47,626 nucleotides of DNA from Tubiluchus corallicola (taxonomy: Eukaryota > Animalia > Priapulida): the NCBI GenBank assembly GCA_030141605.1, contig JAQGDQ010001317.1:1-47626 (forward strand), read 5' to 3'. This document shows, one piece after another, positions 1-40,027 of this stretch. The position numbers and the translations under genes are program-made. Position 1 is the first letter of the stretch. Every line of letters starts with the position of its first letter. The notes under the pieces were generated by a model. That model saw only the letters and a list, made by a program, of their open reading frames with translations, searched no databases and had not been told where the DNA came from.

Positions 1-103
1 GCTGTTCGTTAAATAAGAAAGAAGGAATTGAGTAGTTAAATTTAAGACTGAATTCCAAGAATATTCCTCACAAAAATGAAACATGCAGTGTTTCTGTAAT
101 GCA

Positions 104-1429
104 GCAGAATTTCTCACGAGGAGGCGCATAGCTTCTAGCTGGCGGCAGAATTCCTCGCGAGGAGGCGCATAGCTTCTAGCTGGCGGCAGAATTCTTCGCG
201 AGGAGGCGCATAGCTTCTAGCTGGCGGCAGAATTCCTCACGAGGAGGCGCATAGCTTCTAGCTGGCGGCAGAATTCCTCGCGAGGAGGCGCATAGCTTCT
301 AGCTGGCGGCAGAATTCTTCGCGAGGAGGCGCATAGCTTCTAGCTGGCGGCAGAATTCCTCACGAGGAGGCGCATAGCTTCTAGCTGGCGGCAGAATTCC
401 TCGCGAGGAGGCGCATAGCTTCTAGCTGGCGGCAGAATTCTTCGCGAGGAGGCGCATAGCTTCTAGCTGGCGGCAGAATTCCTCACGAGGAGGCGCATAG
501 CTTCTAGCTGGCGGCAGAATTCCTCGCGAGGAGGCGCATAGCTTCTAGCTGGCGGCAGAATTCTTCGCGAGGAGGCGCATAGCTTCTAGCTGGCGGCAGA
601 ATTCCTCACGAGGAGGCGCATAGCTTCTAGCTGGCGGCAGAATTCCTCGCGAGGAGGCGCATAGCTTCTAGCTGGCGGCAGAATTCTTCGCGAGGAGGCG
701 CATAGCTTCTAGCTGGCGGCAGAATTCCTCACGAGGAGGCGCATAGCTTCTAGCTGGCGGCAGAATTCCTCGCGAGGAGGCGCATAGCTTCTAGCTGGCG
801 GCAGAATTCTTCGCGAGGAGGCGCATAGCTTCTAGCTGGCGGCAGAATTCCTCACGAGGAGGCGCATAGCTTCTAGCTGGCGGCAGAATTCCTCGCGAGG
901 AGGCGCATAGCTTCTAGCTGGCGGCAGAATTCTTCGCGAGGAGGCGCATAGCTTCTAGCTGGCGGCAGAATTCCTCACGAGGAGGCGCATAGCTTCTAGC
1001 TGGCGGCAGAATTCCTCGCGAGGAGGCGCATAGCTTCTAGCTGGCGGCAGAATTCTTCGCGAGGAGGCGCATAGCTTCTAGCTGGCGGCAGAATTCCTCA
1101 CGTGGAGGCGCATAGTTTCTAGCTGGCGGCAGAATTCCTCACGAGGAGGCGCATAGCTTCTAGCTGGCGGCAGAATTCTTCACGAGGAGGCGCATAGCTT
1201 CTAGCTGGCGGCAGAATTTCTCACGAGGAGGCGTATAGCTTCTAGCTGGCGGCAGAATTCTTCACGAGGAGGCGCATAGCTTCTAGCTGGCGGCAGAATT
1301 CCTCGCGAGGAGGCGCATAGCTTCTAGCTGGCGGCAGAATTCCTCACGAGGAGGCGCATAGCTTCTAGCTGGCAGAAGAATTCCTCACGAGGGGGCGCAT
1401 AGCTTCTAGCTGGCGGCAGAATTCCTCGC
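104..1429. repeat. 41-bp tandem satellite/minisatellite (about 32 units) with a 3-unit (123-bp) higher-order repeat
   Basis: Unit gcagaattc(c/t)tc(a/g)cgaggaggcgcatagcttctagctggcg, head-to-tail with no spacers; EcoRI site in most units. Confidence 0.97.
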
Positions 1430-1734
1430 AAGGAATTGCAAGAGGAATTTTGCTGCGCATCCTCACTGTGAAATGGGCCTTAATGAGCAAATGGTTTATT
1501 TAATGTTGATTTTGAGCCATATAAAACACAGGTTCACATAGTAACTACTATCACCGACAAAAAATACAACCATTGCAGTATTACAAAAACTAATGAAAAC
1601 AAAAGAAATATAAAATTTATTAAATCTGAAAAGGATGGAAATGGAATGGACAATAAACTCAGTCGTGATCTAAACTTTGGGAGTTTGTACCAGAACGTAG
1701 AGTTATACAAGCACTGTTCTGCTGTTGTGGGTAA

Positions 1735-2322
1735 AGTACAAGAAAACCCTCCACTTACACGAAGCTTATAAAGTTCGCCTTGAAATTTTGTACCACTTAA
1801 GTATTGCCTCTTTGCATGCGGGCTTACATCGACAGTAACGCTGTACAAAACTTGTACATTTAAATTCCCTCGATGAGAACTTTCAGAGTATTCGTAGCGC
1901 ACACATCACTAACTAAGTAAGATTTTAAATTACTGTATCTTGTCAACAAGATTAAAAAACATTTTTGGTTAGTGAGTGGTGCACCCTGGAAATCACTTGG
2001 TTAAAACATTTTAAATAAGTAACAATTTATTTTCTAGTCACATGAGTCTTTCCAGCAGGTAAGCGAAATGTTAAGTAATGTAACTTTGCATGGAAAGTTT
2101 TTGGGACATAGTTTAACATTTCCTTTTCTTCCCCTGATGTACGTTGTGCGTATATGACGTAACGTAATGGCGCGTTCAGAATTGTATTGTGAGAGATTTA
2201 AAATGAAAGTAAATAAGAAATCCTTTTAACGTGAGTACAATATATGCGTAAAATTGCTATAAAGTAGTATAATTTTTAAGGCGATTTTTGTGAGACCCTA
2301 TTAAGTACCCTTGTCTTGTCCT
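1735..2322 (+). mobile_element. TTAA-flanked non-autonomous DNA element, family X (Kolobok-like)
   Basis: Ends agtacaag...cttgtcct|TTAA; homologous to 24670-25728, 45776-46372 and 47031-47622. Confidence 0.7.
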
Positions 2323-2759
2323 TTAAATAGGTGTATTTAGACGCTGTGGGATAGAAAAATTCCCGACGGCAATTCCTGCATTTTAACCCGGAGTGCCCTA
2401 CAGATTAAGTTCCTGGTTCAGGCTGGCAAGTTGGACGTTTCTACAAGTTATTTGTCCCCTTGTGCTTGTTTATCGCACTAGCCGCAAGCTATTATGGTTC
2501 AATCACTTGTCTTACGGCACATGCGCAGTTTAACTTATTTAGACTTTAAAATAAGCTATAAAGCAAAGACCCATGTCATCACTGACATGTTTCAATAAAT
2601 CATCACTTGCCGAGTTTATTCAACTTTGTTGAAGTCACTTTTAAAACAGTCAGGTACCTATTTGGAAAAGAGACATGCAAAATGAGATTGCAAGAGTGCA
2701 ATGAAATCGTTCGAAATGGCACGAAATTCGAGTGAAGGAAGAAAATGGGACGCATAGAA

Positions 2760-2935
2760 AAAGAAAGGAAGCGATGTAAACGAGACCGAAACGAAACGAA
2801 ACAAAGCGTAAATAAAATAGAATAAACGAAGCGACACTAAAACAAAAGGAAACAAAACGAAAAAAGGAAAGAAGCGAAACGAAACGAAATGAAATAAAAA
2901 TAAAACGAACCGAATCAGAACAAAAACAAAGAAAA
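2760..2935. repeat. Degenerate (GAAAC)n / A-rich simple repeat
   Basis: Repeated gaaac/gaaat pentamers. Confidence 0.7.
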
Positions 2936-3761
2936 GTAACGTCTCATTTTAGTATTCTGTATTGGCGACTAGACAAGACGATCAGAGCAACTAGAAACAG
3001 GTGGTAGAATCTCGGCTAAAATGTACTACGTACATATCGGAACGACAAATGCTAGGAAAGTAATGCCAGGGTCCAGGCGCAACTGGTAAAGGGTGCATTT
3101 TACCAAAAAGGTGCCGGATGCATGCAAGTTTTTGGTCTTACAAATAACATGATTGGATGCTTTAATTGGTGTTATTATTTATTTATTTATTTTAGTTTAT
3201 TCTAGATTCAAATCAATACATAAAATACTATATAAAAACAAGATTAATAAGTTATGCAGATTATAGAACTTTATATACAAGATAAAAACTGTACACGATT
3301 AACACACACTTTAGTTTAAATAATAAATGGAGATGTCAGTAATGAGTTCAGTTTTGGAAATACAATGACTTGTATCGAATATCTGTATCAATTATGCTAG
3401 ATGAAATCATATTACTGCTACTTAATATTTTACTTCTTAGGCTAAAATGCAGCTACGCAGTAAGACCTTAAAGTGAGCAGTACGATTGTTTGCACAAATT
3501 ACACACGCATGCGTACCGTGTTCATAATTAAAAAACTTTCGGAGGGCAATATTGTACCAAATACGAGGTTTTACTAGACAGCCGCGTTTATACAACAGCT
3601 AGAAATTACTGCAAAAAAACTAGAACAATAAGATGTAAACAAAAATGTGTTAACATTACGCGAGCAATAATCAAATCACAATCGTTGCTAATCCGATTAC
3701 CTACAGCCAAAAAGCAAAGCAAATTAAAGTACTCGAACTGAAGGATTATAGATGCGTTTAC

Positions 3762-5611
3762 CATTAATTCATCCTTCGAAAACCCGATTCCTAACCATTG
3801 GCCAATTTGTCCAGAGAGACTAAAAGTGACCGTTTGGTCGTCACTATTGTAGTTCCAACTAGCCGAATACACGCATCTCGAGCCAACACAGTTCTCTGGG
3901 TACGACCAGAAGCCGTTCACCCATCCAGGGTTGTTTCCCTGCTCTAAAAAAGAGACGATTAAACATTTTCTCCTGTAAGACAGTTGATAGTGTTATTGTG
4001 TTGCCTTATTAAGAAACTAAATCTTTCTCAGAATGACAAGCCCGCTGGCGAAGGCTTTAGCCGAAACTTCGTTGTCGGAAACTGCAGTCACGATTTTCGT
4101 TTACGATTTAAATAACATCCGGTTCACGAAAGTGTGAAAATTGTGGTTTTTGGTATTAATGTTCTAACTGAAATTCATCGTTGTTGAGATAAATCGCATC
4201 TTAAGTTGAAATTAACGATAATTCTAGCGACCGAGTATGTAAAAATAGGCCGCAAATTATGATGATATTATAACAAAATATATAACAAATTATATAATTA
4301 AGTTACGTACACATAACGTTTGTTGAAGTGAATAATGAATAATACAGAGCTAAAGTCCATATAACAATCTACAGCGTGATTCAAAGAGAAATGTGAGCTT
4401 TTTCAAGTACAATGGCACATTATTACAAAGTTTTTAAAGCTCTCTAAAAACATTTGTGCATTTATCTAGGACGACGTTTTCTGAAAACCCAGTACGATTA
4501 TTCCAGATGTTAACTCTACCGTGCAGCCAGCGACTAAGCTGCAGAAATTTCTGCCATTATGCATAAATCATCTCACTATGACATTGAATAATATTAGGTT
4601 TAAATAAATTTCCTATAAAAAACTGAAAATGTGCAGGTTACATTAGATGTAGCAAAGTACTAATAAAAGCCACGAAATGAATGTCATTCGCAGAACAAAA
4701 ACCAGATGATTTTATAAAGCTGTAATGGAACTGCAGCATTAATATAACCTTAGCGGCCGCTATATTGCTGTAAACATTTTTTAGCCAAGAACATAACTTA
4801 CGAATTGCGCCCATGTTATGTTTGCATTGTATGATGTATACTATAATCATACTGAGTTACAATGTACGTTATATTATGTTACATTAACCACGCTTTAAAT
4901 AATAAAACGTTGTTCTGTGCTGTGCTATATATCATGCCGTGTTGCTCAGTGCGTGTAATGCTGTGTTGTGTGGTGCTTGTCATGTAATTTGAAGCTGAAT
5001 AAAATTTCGTTACTTATATGTATGATATAAGAATTGCACAACTTAAACTGAGCTATGCATTGCTATGTTGAGTTATCTTACACTACACTAGGCAGCTACG
5101 CTATGTTACGTAATAGAAGCTCTACGGTAATAGGTTGCGTTATCTTACACTATTCTAGATTATACTCGTGCTACGTTTTGTTACGTAGTAGAAGTTCTAC
5201 GGTAATAGGTTGCGTTATCTTACACTAGACTAGATTGTACTTATGCTACGATTTGTTACGTAATAGAAGCTCTACGGTAATAGGTTGCGTTATCTTACAC
5301 TACAGTATGCTGTACCTACGCTACGTTTTGCTACGTAATAGAAGATCTATGCATATAGAATGTCTCAAAAACCACTGGAAAAATAAATGGTTGGTGTATT
5401 TCTGCTTTTGTTCATTCTTAGCCAGTTCGCTAGCAGAATTGATGTACTGAAGTTAATTTGCGACTTACACAAATAAAGCAAATTTAACTGGTTTACGAAT
5501 AGAATAAAATTTACTTATTATTTTTCCCTTGAAAAAATGTAAAGCATACTTACGGGCAACGACCCGAGTTGAAGCAACCAGTGCTAATAATAAAAACACT
5601 AATCCGGCCAT
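3762..5611 (-). CDS. Gene B (5' part): secreted DOMON-domain protein, tandem paralogue of gene A; continues beyond the left edge
   Basis: Exon 1, 5611-5554: MAGLVFLLLALVASTRVVA (signal peptide), donor C|gtaagt, phase 1. Exon 2, 3943-3762: QQGNNPGWVNGFWSYPENCVGSRCVYSASWNY...WLGIGFSKDELM|gtaaac. No following 62-nt exon was found in 1-3761. Confidence 0.85.
5072..5345. repeat. Minisatellite of about 75 bp, about 3.7 copies
   Basis: gttatcttacac recurs at 5072, 5139, 5214 and 5289, each followed by (g/t)tacgta(a/g)tagaag. Confidence 0.9.
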
Positions 5612-6082
5612 TATTAACACCTGGCTAGCAGTACCTTCTCACTGCTGGACTGCTCTAACAACTGACTTTCCTTGGCAACATAGGTTATTACCACAATGAC
5701 ACGGTATTTTAATTTAGGGACGTATTCAAGCATAGCTAGAACGTTCGCAGACGAGTAGAATAGACAATGCTATATACGATATACCATTACAGAAACTTCT
5801 CGTGGTCTGTACAACATACACATTTATATAACTATTGACTGATTGTAATTCTGTCTGGGTTATATGCTAATTTTGCATGGAGAACGTCTTAATTTATGAC
5901 ACTCACTGGCACTTACTCTTTTCTTAGAACACTTTTCACTATATTTTTTATTTTATCTCATTTTTTTGAAATTGTTTCTTATATCTAACGTAAGGTTGTA
6001 ACTTTCATTACACCGACTAGGTATTTTAAAAAAACGAAAAATCTAGCGAATGGTTCGGCACTGTCTTGGTGGAAACTGTTAA

Positions 6083-6710
6083 AAAGAAAGCAGGATGATT
6101 TTTCATATACTACACCATTTTGACGTACGGTAAAAGTATATAATTTAACACAATTGATACTACAAAAGTATTTCTGATATTTATATCATAGATTAAAGTC
6201 TTAGTTAATGGCGGGCGAGCCCAACTATTAATGACAACACAAATGAAATTAATGAATGAAATGCCATCACAACTGGAAGAATATTCCACTAGCGTGCTCC
6301 AAAGAGAAAACTGAAGTAGGGCCTACAATGCTACTGTAAGAGATACAGCGCGTTATATTAAAACTTGGCAAGTTTTAAGATAAAAATTCAAATTTCAAAT
6401 TTACCACTGTGCTCACGCATGAGCTCTCGAACGCGTGCACCACGCCACAAACGAACACATCTGAAATGAAACGTACAGAACATGTTTTTTGTGCAACGCG
6501 TTTCCGAAATGAAGGCGCTAGTGCCCATCTAACTAGCGAATGGCAAAATGCATGTAACTGCGAAGAACTAGTGGCTCGAACACGAAATTTGCTTTGTGTG
6601 GTAATAACTCTTTCACGCAAGTCGTTCTTGAAAAAATGATATATTTCCTTTCAATATTTTAAAGAGATGATTATTTTGACCAACAGTTTAAGGTTTGGCC
6701 TGGTTTTGCT
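6083..6710 (+). mobile_element. TTAA-flanked non-autonomous element, family Z (Kolobok-like)
   Basis: TTAA at 6079-82 and 6711-14; inverted homologue at 26659-27200; terminal fragment near 32400-32445. Confidence 0.7.
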
Positions 6711-6729
6711 TTAATACGCCAGAGAAATT

Positions 6730-7250
6730 CTTCTTTGTTCAAGTTCTCATTTCATCTATTGTAGATCTTGAGGTATTAACATTTATTAGAGTATTCCACC
6801 CACTCCTGTCTGCAGCTAACAGCGCTAGTTTCTCTGCTCCTAAAGATAGACTTGATTGAAATTGTTGAACATTTTTATTTATCTTAGCTATACAAGTTGT
6901 CTTTTGCAAGGCTTCAAGGCCTCCTTTAAGACGATTCTTACTGGTACTTCATTTGGTAATCGTAGAAGATGTCCTAATCTTCGGATTTTCACTTTTGAAT
7001 TCCAAGACATTTCTTTCGTTCTGATGTATAAATCTTCATTTTCGATTATACTTGGCCATCTTTTCTTTAAAACCTTCTTAAGAAGACGTCTATGAAATGT
7101 GTCAATCTGCTTTTCTTGAGTAATCGTTAAACGCCATGTTTCTCTGTTGTACATAAATATGCTGGTAACATAAGCATTAAAAAATCCAAATCTTCTGTTA
7201 AGACTTAATTTCTTGCTAATTTAGATCAATTCTTGCATTATCTCCACTGA
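6730..7250 (-). mobile_element. Degenerate 3' fragment of a non-LTR retrotransposon (RTE-like ORF2 C-terminus)
   Basis: YNRETWRLT...IDTFHRRLLKKVL...W...IENEDLY...RRLGHLLRL; second copy at 20640-21590. Confidence 0.75.
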
Positions 7251-7738
7251 AACCATAATGTACTATATTTTATATACGAAACTGTGTATAACGCTCTTTA
7301 GTTTTTCCTCTCTGACGGCTTTACTGTACTTTTATTTCTATTTTATTTCTTACGATACCGGGTGGCTACAAACGCAGACAAAATGTGCCATAGTTTAAAT
7401 TACAATAATCATAGAAGCGAGTGCCCCACAACTGTAAAATTTCAAAGCATAGTATTACAATGCAATAATGATTAGCATTTATATAGTCATATAAAGTCTA
7501 AGCGTTTATATAGTTTTAGTGGTATTTAAGAAATGACCTAAACGCTTCTGCATTTTAAAACTAAATGTCGGAACAATACCAGCTAACCATAACTAAAAAA
7601 CAGCCACGTTTGTGATAAATGAAAACGTATTACATGGAGCAAAATAAAAAAAGAGTCGACCAGATTACAGCATGATCTTCATCAGAGAAAGTAAGTACTG
7701 TGATCAAAATTTTTGCCAAGAAAAAAAGGAATTTAATC

Positions 7739-8343
7739 CAGGGCGTAGCTAGGTTCTAAAGTTAGGGAAGGGAGCAAACACATAAAAACAAACGCCGTAG
7801 CACACACTAAACAATTTTTAACGCATTGCTTATACATTTTAATTTTGTGTTTAAAGGAACCTTTAAAGGAAGTGCATAATTGTTATTTTGTATTTAAGAC
7901 AATAAAACGTTTCACAGTAAACTCATAAATCTCAACGATTCGTGACATAACACCCTCATGACTAAACGTAAACAACCAGAAACTTGCATTTGCAATATAT
8001 GATTGACAGTGGGCCTGCTGCTTGACAATCCTGTGAACAAGAATATGTTATAATAATTAGATTTGGGACGATTTCATCTATGGCTTAATCAGTCAACCTT
8101 GACAAATGAGCTGCGTCAATGCATGGTCGTTTCAAAAACATGAGAGGCAGGTTGATCAAATTGAATAATGACTCCAGAAAATTCTTGCAAAGCCATGCAA
8201 TAAAAAAATAAAAAAAAAGATTTCACTTTTATGGCAGAAGTGAGCTAAAGAATTAAAAAAAATTGTTGAAATGGTGCTAATTTTGAAAAATATGCTCGGG
8301 GGAGCGGTTTATTCACTTTGGTCCCCTATTAGCTACGCCACTG
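7739..8343. mobile_element. hAT-like MITE
   Basis: Termini cagggcgtagcta / tagctacgccactg; imperfect 8-bp flanks atttaatc/acttgatc; left end resembles about 36965-37080. Confidence 0.6.
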
Positions 8344-9137
8344 ACTTGATCATCTGGATTACAGTATCCGATGTTCCATTAAAGAGAAAGTGTACAATGG
8401 CCGCACAAAGCTGTTTGATACAGAGAAACTAAAGGCAAACGTTGTTGAGCGTAAATTACCTTTAAAGAAGTAAGAAACTGTCAACTGCTGGAAAGAACGC
8501 CTACATCTAGTTTAGCAGTTAAAATGGTGGATGCATGAACTTCATGGAACACTCAGCATTCCCTGTAAATTTTAACAATAGTGACACATAATGTTTCCTC
8601 AAGTATTTCTTTGACTTGTTGTTTTAAAACTCCCGTATCTTTAAAAAAATCTAAGGGAATGGCCCTAAACCTTAGTGTGTTTATACATAAACGCTTCTAA
8701 TACAAGTGTGGTAATTTTCAGGCTATTATTTACAACGACATTTTTCATAAACTCAGATCAGGTCATCCATCCAGTGGCATTCTCTTCAAATTGTTGCAGA
8801 ACTACATAAAGTCCACTAAACGTTTTGTTAACTGATTGTGCGTATAATTGTATTTTAAGTTATTATGTAGAATGTCCCTCAATCAAGTACTCATTAATAA
8901 ACGACTCATGCTAGAAACAACTGTATTGCTGTAATAACTGTAATACTACACTAATTGTATTAATTTCACATGCATTGGATTTCTGAATTAAGTAGCAACC
9001 TTGTGCATGACAATGCACGACTTAGTCTTTGCATGGGCTTATAGGCTTATGTACATCGAGAATCGTCTCTGTTATCGCATCTATTGTATGGGTTTTGTAA
9101 ATTTGTGTATTTGTAGGGACGTGTTCCTGTATGCGTT

Positions 9138-9259
9138 GTTTATTTAAGTTTCTATTTGTTAATGGTACTTGTGTTTATGTTACGTTTTCGAACTAAAACG
9201 TTTATTTGTATATTCTATCATAAGAAAATATAATATAATATATTATAATTCTCTTTATT
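9138..9259 (-). terminator. Candidate polyadenylation signals of gene A
   Basis: Three AATAAA hexamers on the minus strand (tttatt near 9139, 9201 and 9254), 190-310 nt past the stop codon. Confidence 0.45.
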
Positions 9260-9444
9260 GTATCGTCAAATTCGTCATGATGTATCAGCATGTACAATAT
9301 AATGACAAAAAACGAGTGACGCCACTTTAAGTTCATAATTTTACAAAAAAATATCTGCTGAAGAGACACTTAAAGTCCTCATGTTTACTAATAGGTTTCC
9401 TATAACGTTACTACAAGTAGTTATAGTATGACGTGACAAGTGTT

Positions 9445-32638
<23,194 letters not shown>

Positions 32639-33765
32639 CTAAAGCAAAGAAGGTAATGATAATACAATGCAAGCATAGCTATTGTAAGTTGTTAAATATG
32701 ACATGATAAATATTAAGTATGATAAATAAAAACTGTTAACTATTATAGCCATGCATAGAGATTCATATAGATAACTATTATAGGCTCATGTATATATGTA
32801 TATGTTTATGTGCTCAAAATAAAGAGTTATAATAATCAAAAAATAGGTCAACTACGTGTGTTATGACAACAAACTTTTACTCAAAACATCCACCTATAAT
32901 CGTAACTTATGCACTTATAATTCAAAAGTAATACTAAAGAATAAACGTACCAAATACACGAACTGTACACAAAGCCAAGAAAGCGAAAGTAAAAAACCGA
33001 ACCGAACACATCGTGAACTTACACTAATTACCTGAGCTGCCAACTGCTAAACTGATTCTTGTCGCAGTCTTTTCGTGACAATAATTGTGTAACACGCACG
33101 ATAATAAATCAGTAAATTTGTGAAGACAACTAACAGTATCATTTTTTTAGTTTTCAATGACGAGTATTTGTCTGATTTATTCCGACTCTATTTAAGATAT
33201 GTTCCACTTGACTTTGTTTTGTGCAAAAAAATTCAAGGCCAGTTTTACAATCGAATTGCAACCCGATACTTCAAAAACTATGAAAAAATGGGGGCCGACC
33301 TAGTTTTTATTCACCAAACCATAGTTCTGTAATTAACCCAGTTTGAGCTAGAAGATGTATAATTACTCACTCCATGCCAAAAATTCTTCTAAGGGCCATT
33401 TAACAAAACAACAAAATCTAAGTGCGAAGAGTGAGGCACACGGTGCGGGACACTGAACAGCCTGACATTTTAGATTTAATAGCAATTAAATGACACCAGT
33501 TAACATGAACTAACATAATAATAATTACACTTTGCGACAATTATGTTTTTTGAATTTGAATTTATTGCTAGATTTACCACAGGCATACAAGTTTACAATA
33601 ATAATTTACATAGAAAGGATTAAAAATTTGACACAGAAAACATTAATAAATAATTTTTCCTAAGGCTACCGGTATGCCTCTGGACAGCACCAGGAAGAAC
33701 ATCTTGTGTTGGTGCAAAACAGATTAATGGTAAATTTGAAAATCAAAAACACAAATGCATAAACG

Positions 33766-34205
<440 letters not shown>

Positions 34206-34834
34206 ACTTAACCAAATGTTAAATTTTGTTAACAATTATGATGTACTAAGCAGTATAAATCGCTGACTAACATTGTGACTATATTACAACGTTTATTTGC
34301 TTGGAACAATTCTGCTTATTTTCAAAATCAAAAATATCCTCGTCCAGAAAACGAACCTTTTGCATTTTAGTATGCCAGATACGTGGTACGTGGCGCAAAA
34401 TAAGTACATTAGGTTTGTGGATGTTCGGCTGAAGGGGTGATTCGTAGGTGGAATGATTGGCATTCTTTCAATTCAATTGGCATAGCTTCAATTTAAAAAA
34501 ATGTTTTTTGTTGCTTGACGTCATGAAGAATAACGTGTTGTATGAAATTTTTATTTATAAAATTGCACTGAGCGACCATTTGTGTTATTCTGCCGCGTAA
34601 GGTATATAAATTGGTGCCCATTTTACCCATTATAGTCGAAATTTATACAAGTTTATTTTTAGTTTAAATTTTTTAAATGTTTAAAGCAGCACAGCTTGTG
34701 CTACCGAGTTAACGTCATTAATGCCTACAAGATGGCTGCTATGTTTGTTCTAACAAAGAATATTTTTGTCCATCTATGTCACGTTTTATAACAATTGTAA
34801 ATGGGCTATAAAGCGGCTGGGACGATAGTGTTAA

Positions 34835-35324
34835 AGGAAAGAACAAGTCACTCAGTATGTTGGGTTTATTTTGCTGTTATTACTTAAACTTAGAAAAATA
34901 TAACAAAGAAATTTACGAAGAACTGCTATAATAAAGCATAAATTTAAAATATACTACCTCTGTATAGAAATTTTCAGGTGTGGTGGTTGCCGCCATTCAC
35001 TTGAAAATTATGACGTAAGTGGGAAATTTCGTGAGTTTTCGTAAGCGCGTCGTGGCTTTCCGTAAGCGCACGCTGCTTAAATTAATTCAAACTTCTGCAG
35101 CTTACCTAATGTTCACGCAGAAATGTTACAAAATTAGCTATCCAGTTTTTTGTAAAAACTTAGTATACTTTCATGATTTTGAAAGTACGCTAATTTTCTT
35201 CAAGACTAATGACGTCATTGGAGGAAGAATGGGCTTTGAAAATGGGGGCACCCAAGCATGAAGTGATCGCGACATTAAAGTGATTTTACTAATTACACGA
35301 ATCCTAAAAAACTTAGCCTTTCCT
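34835..35324 (+). mobile_element. Family Y TTAA-flanked element (copy 2)
   Basis: TTAA|aggaaag...ctttcct|TTAA; homologous to 16271-16825. Confidence 0.75.
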
Positions 35325-35658
35325 TTAAGAACCGTTCGTTTAGACGATCCGATTTTCATCCGGTTTTCTCGGACAACAAAGTCGAGTGCTTTTGAATTTT
35401 GTTGGATACTATTCGGACTGGTGTCGGAGGACATTGGCTATTTCATGAAAGTCGGGAAAGACCACCCGATAACTTGCATTTACCACAGAACTCAAGCAAT
35501 GAACAATTTAAACATTGATGTCTGACAAATTCGTACCGTTTGAAAGTTGTATTTATTGCGTTTGCTTTGCAAATACATTGTAATGCCTTAATTTATCACT
35601 GTTAACCTTCAGCCAGGGCAGTTTTATTCACATAACATAGTTTTGCTGTGGTTGCGTT

Positions 35659-35972
35659 CATAGGTGTGCGAGTCACAGGGGCCGGGGTGGGGGGTAGGTC
35701 TGCAGCCACCCGGATTCCTACAAACACGGACAATCACGAAATTTTTCAGGGCACCGGTCATGTGATGAAAAAAACGAAATAATATTTTTCATAAAAGGAA
35801 ATCTCGAAATTTCTTCAAGCCGTCAAGTGAAGTGCCCGAAATCCGGCTATTTTTATCATGGGGCAGGGTGAGGCAATTCCTGAGTTTTGCCAGTTCTTTT
35901 TTGGGTTGGCGCTGTATTTTTCGGGCAAAACCCTCACCCCCCCCCCCTTAAAAACTGGTCCTTACGCCTATG
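35659..35972. mobile_element. hAT-like MITE
   Basis: Termini cataggtgt / acgcctatg; 8-bp flanks gttgcgtt/attgcatt. Confidence 0.55.
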
Positions 35973-36072
35973 ATTGCATTCTCTGGATTGTGCGTAAGCT
36001 TGTGATTATTTACAAAGCATGCAGCATGAAACAAATTTAGAAAAACGTATTTATTATGTTTATTGTTAAATA

Positions 36073-36142
36073 CTTCTCCCCCTCCCGTCCCTCTCTCTCA
36101 CTCACACTCACTAATTCACTCACTTAATCTCACCCATGCCCT

Positions 36143-36184
<42 letters not shown>

Positions 36185-36249
36185 CCTTTCCCCCTCTCTA
36201 CCTCCCTCCCTCACTCTCCCTCTTTTTCTGTCAAGATTCTTATCTCCCT

Positions 36250-36295
<46 letters not shown>

Positions 36296-36375
36296 CCTCT
36301 TTCTTCCTCTCTGTCTCTTTCCCTCTGTCAATCTACCCCTCCATTTCTCTTCAATATCTGCCTCTTTCCCCTCTT
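36073..36375. repeat. CT-rich simple repeat
   Basis: Seen directly. Confidence 0.85.
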
Positions 36376-36379
36376 TAAA

Positions 36380-39412
<3,033 letters not shown>

Positions 39413-40027
39413 CCTGCTACTAAAAAAACTACTAATTCGTTATACATTTTTAGAGAACGTTTTAGTAATATAAACTTAAGAATATAGACGCATGCATACA
39501 TACTAAAGCAATATGCTTTTGGGTTTTAGTTGACCAATATATTTTAGATAACACACATTCACACATACACAAGTTTGCATGCACGAACACGCACCCACAC
39601 CTAGAAATCTTCCAATCCACCCATGCATGCGTGGTTTGAAGAAACCAAAAAACTTGAAATTTAGTTTTAAGATTTTATTCTGAAGTGTCTACATAAACAG
39701 CGAAGTAATGTCATGTTCAAAAGCAGATAACCAAGCGACCAAAAACTACAGGTGAAATCATTTAAGTGTGAAAACAGGTTTAGAGATTATGCATTCCTAA
39801 ACTGTAGAAGCCAATGAAAATCGAAACAGTAAAGAGAAAGATTTAACAATTTTAACATTAACACCTGAAGGTGGCAGCACTATCCAAAACTCAAAAAAGT
39901 ATGATGACAATACAGCATAAATTAAAATTTAGAGTAATTAAAATGATTTTCTTCTGTCCAATGCGTCTGTTCTCACTCACATATATTTTTCAGTATTAAT
40001 TTAATACTATATTCTAGTTCATGAAAA

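Noticed and set aside
104-1429. CRISPR array or coding repeat
   Set aside because: Units are contiguous with no unique spacers, there are no cas genes, the context is eukaryotic, and TAG stops fall in all frames because 41 is not a multiple of 3
1534-1902. 122-aa ORF with hydrophobic C-terminus
   Set aside because: Non-ATG start, half overlaps a family X repeat, the rest is AT-rich sequence, and no recognisable motif
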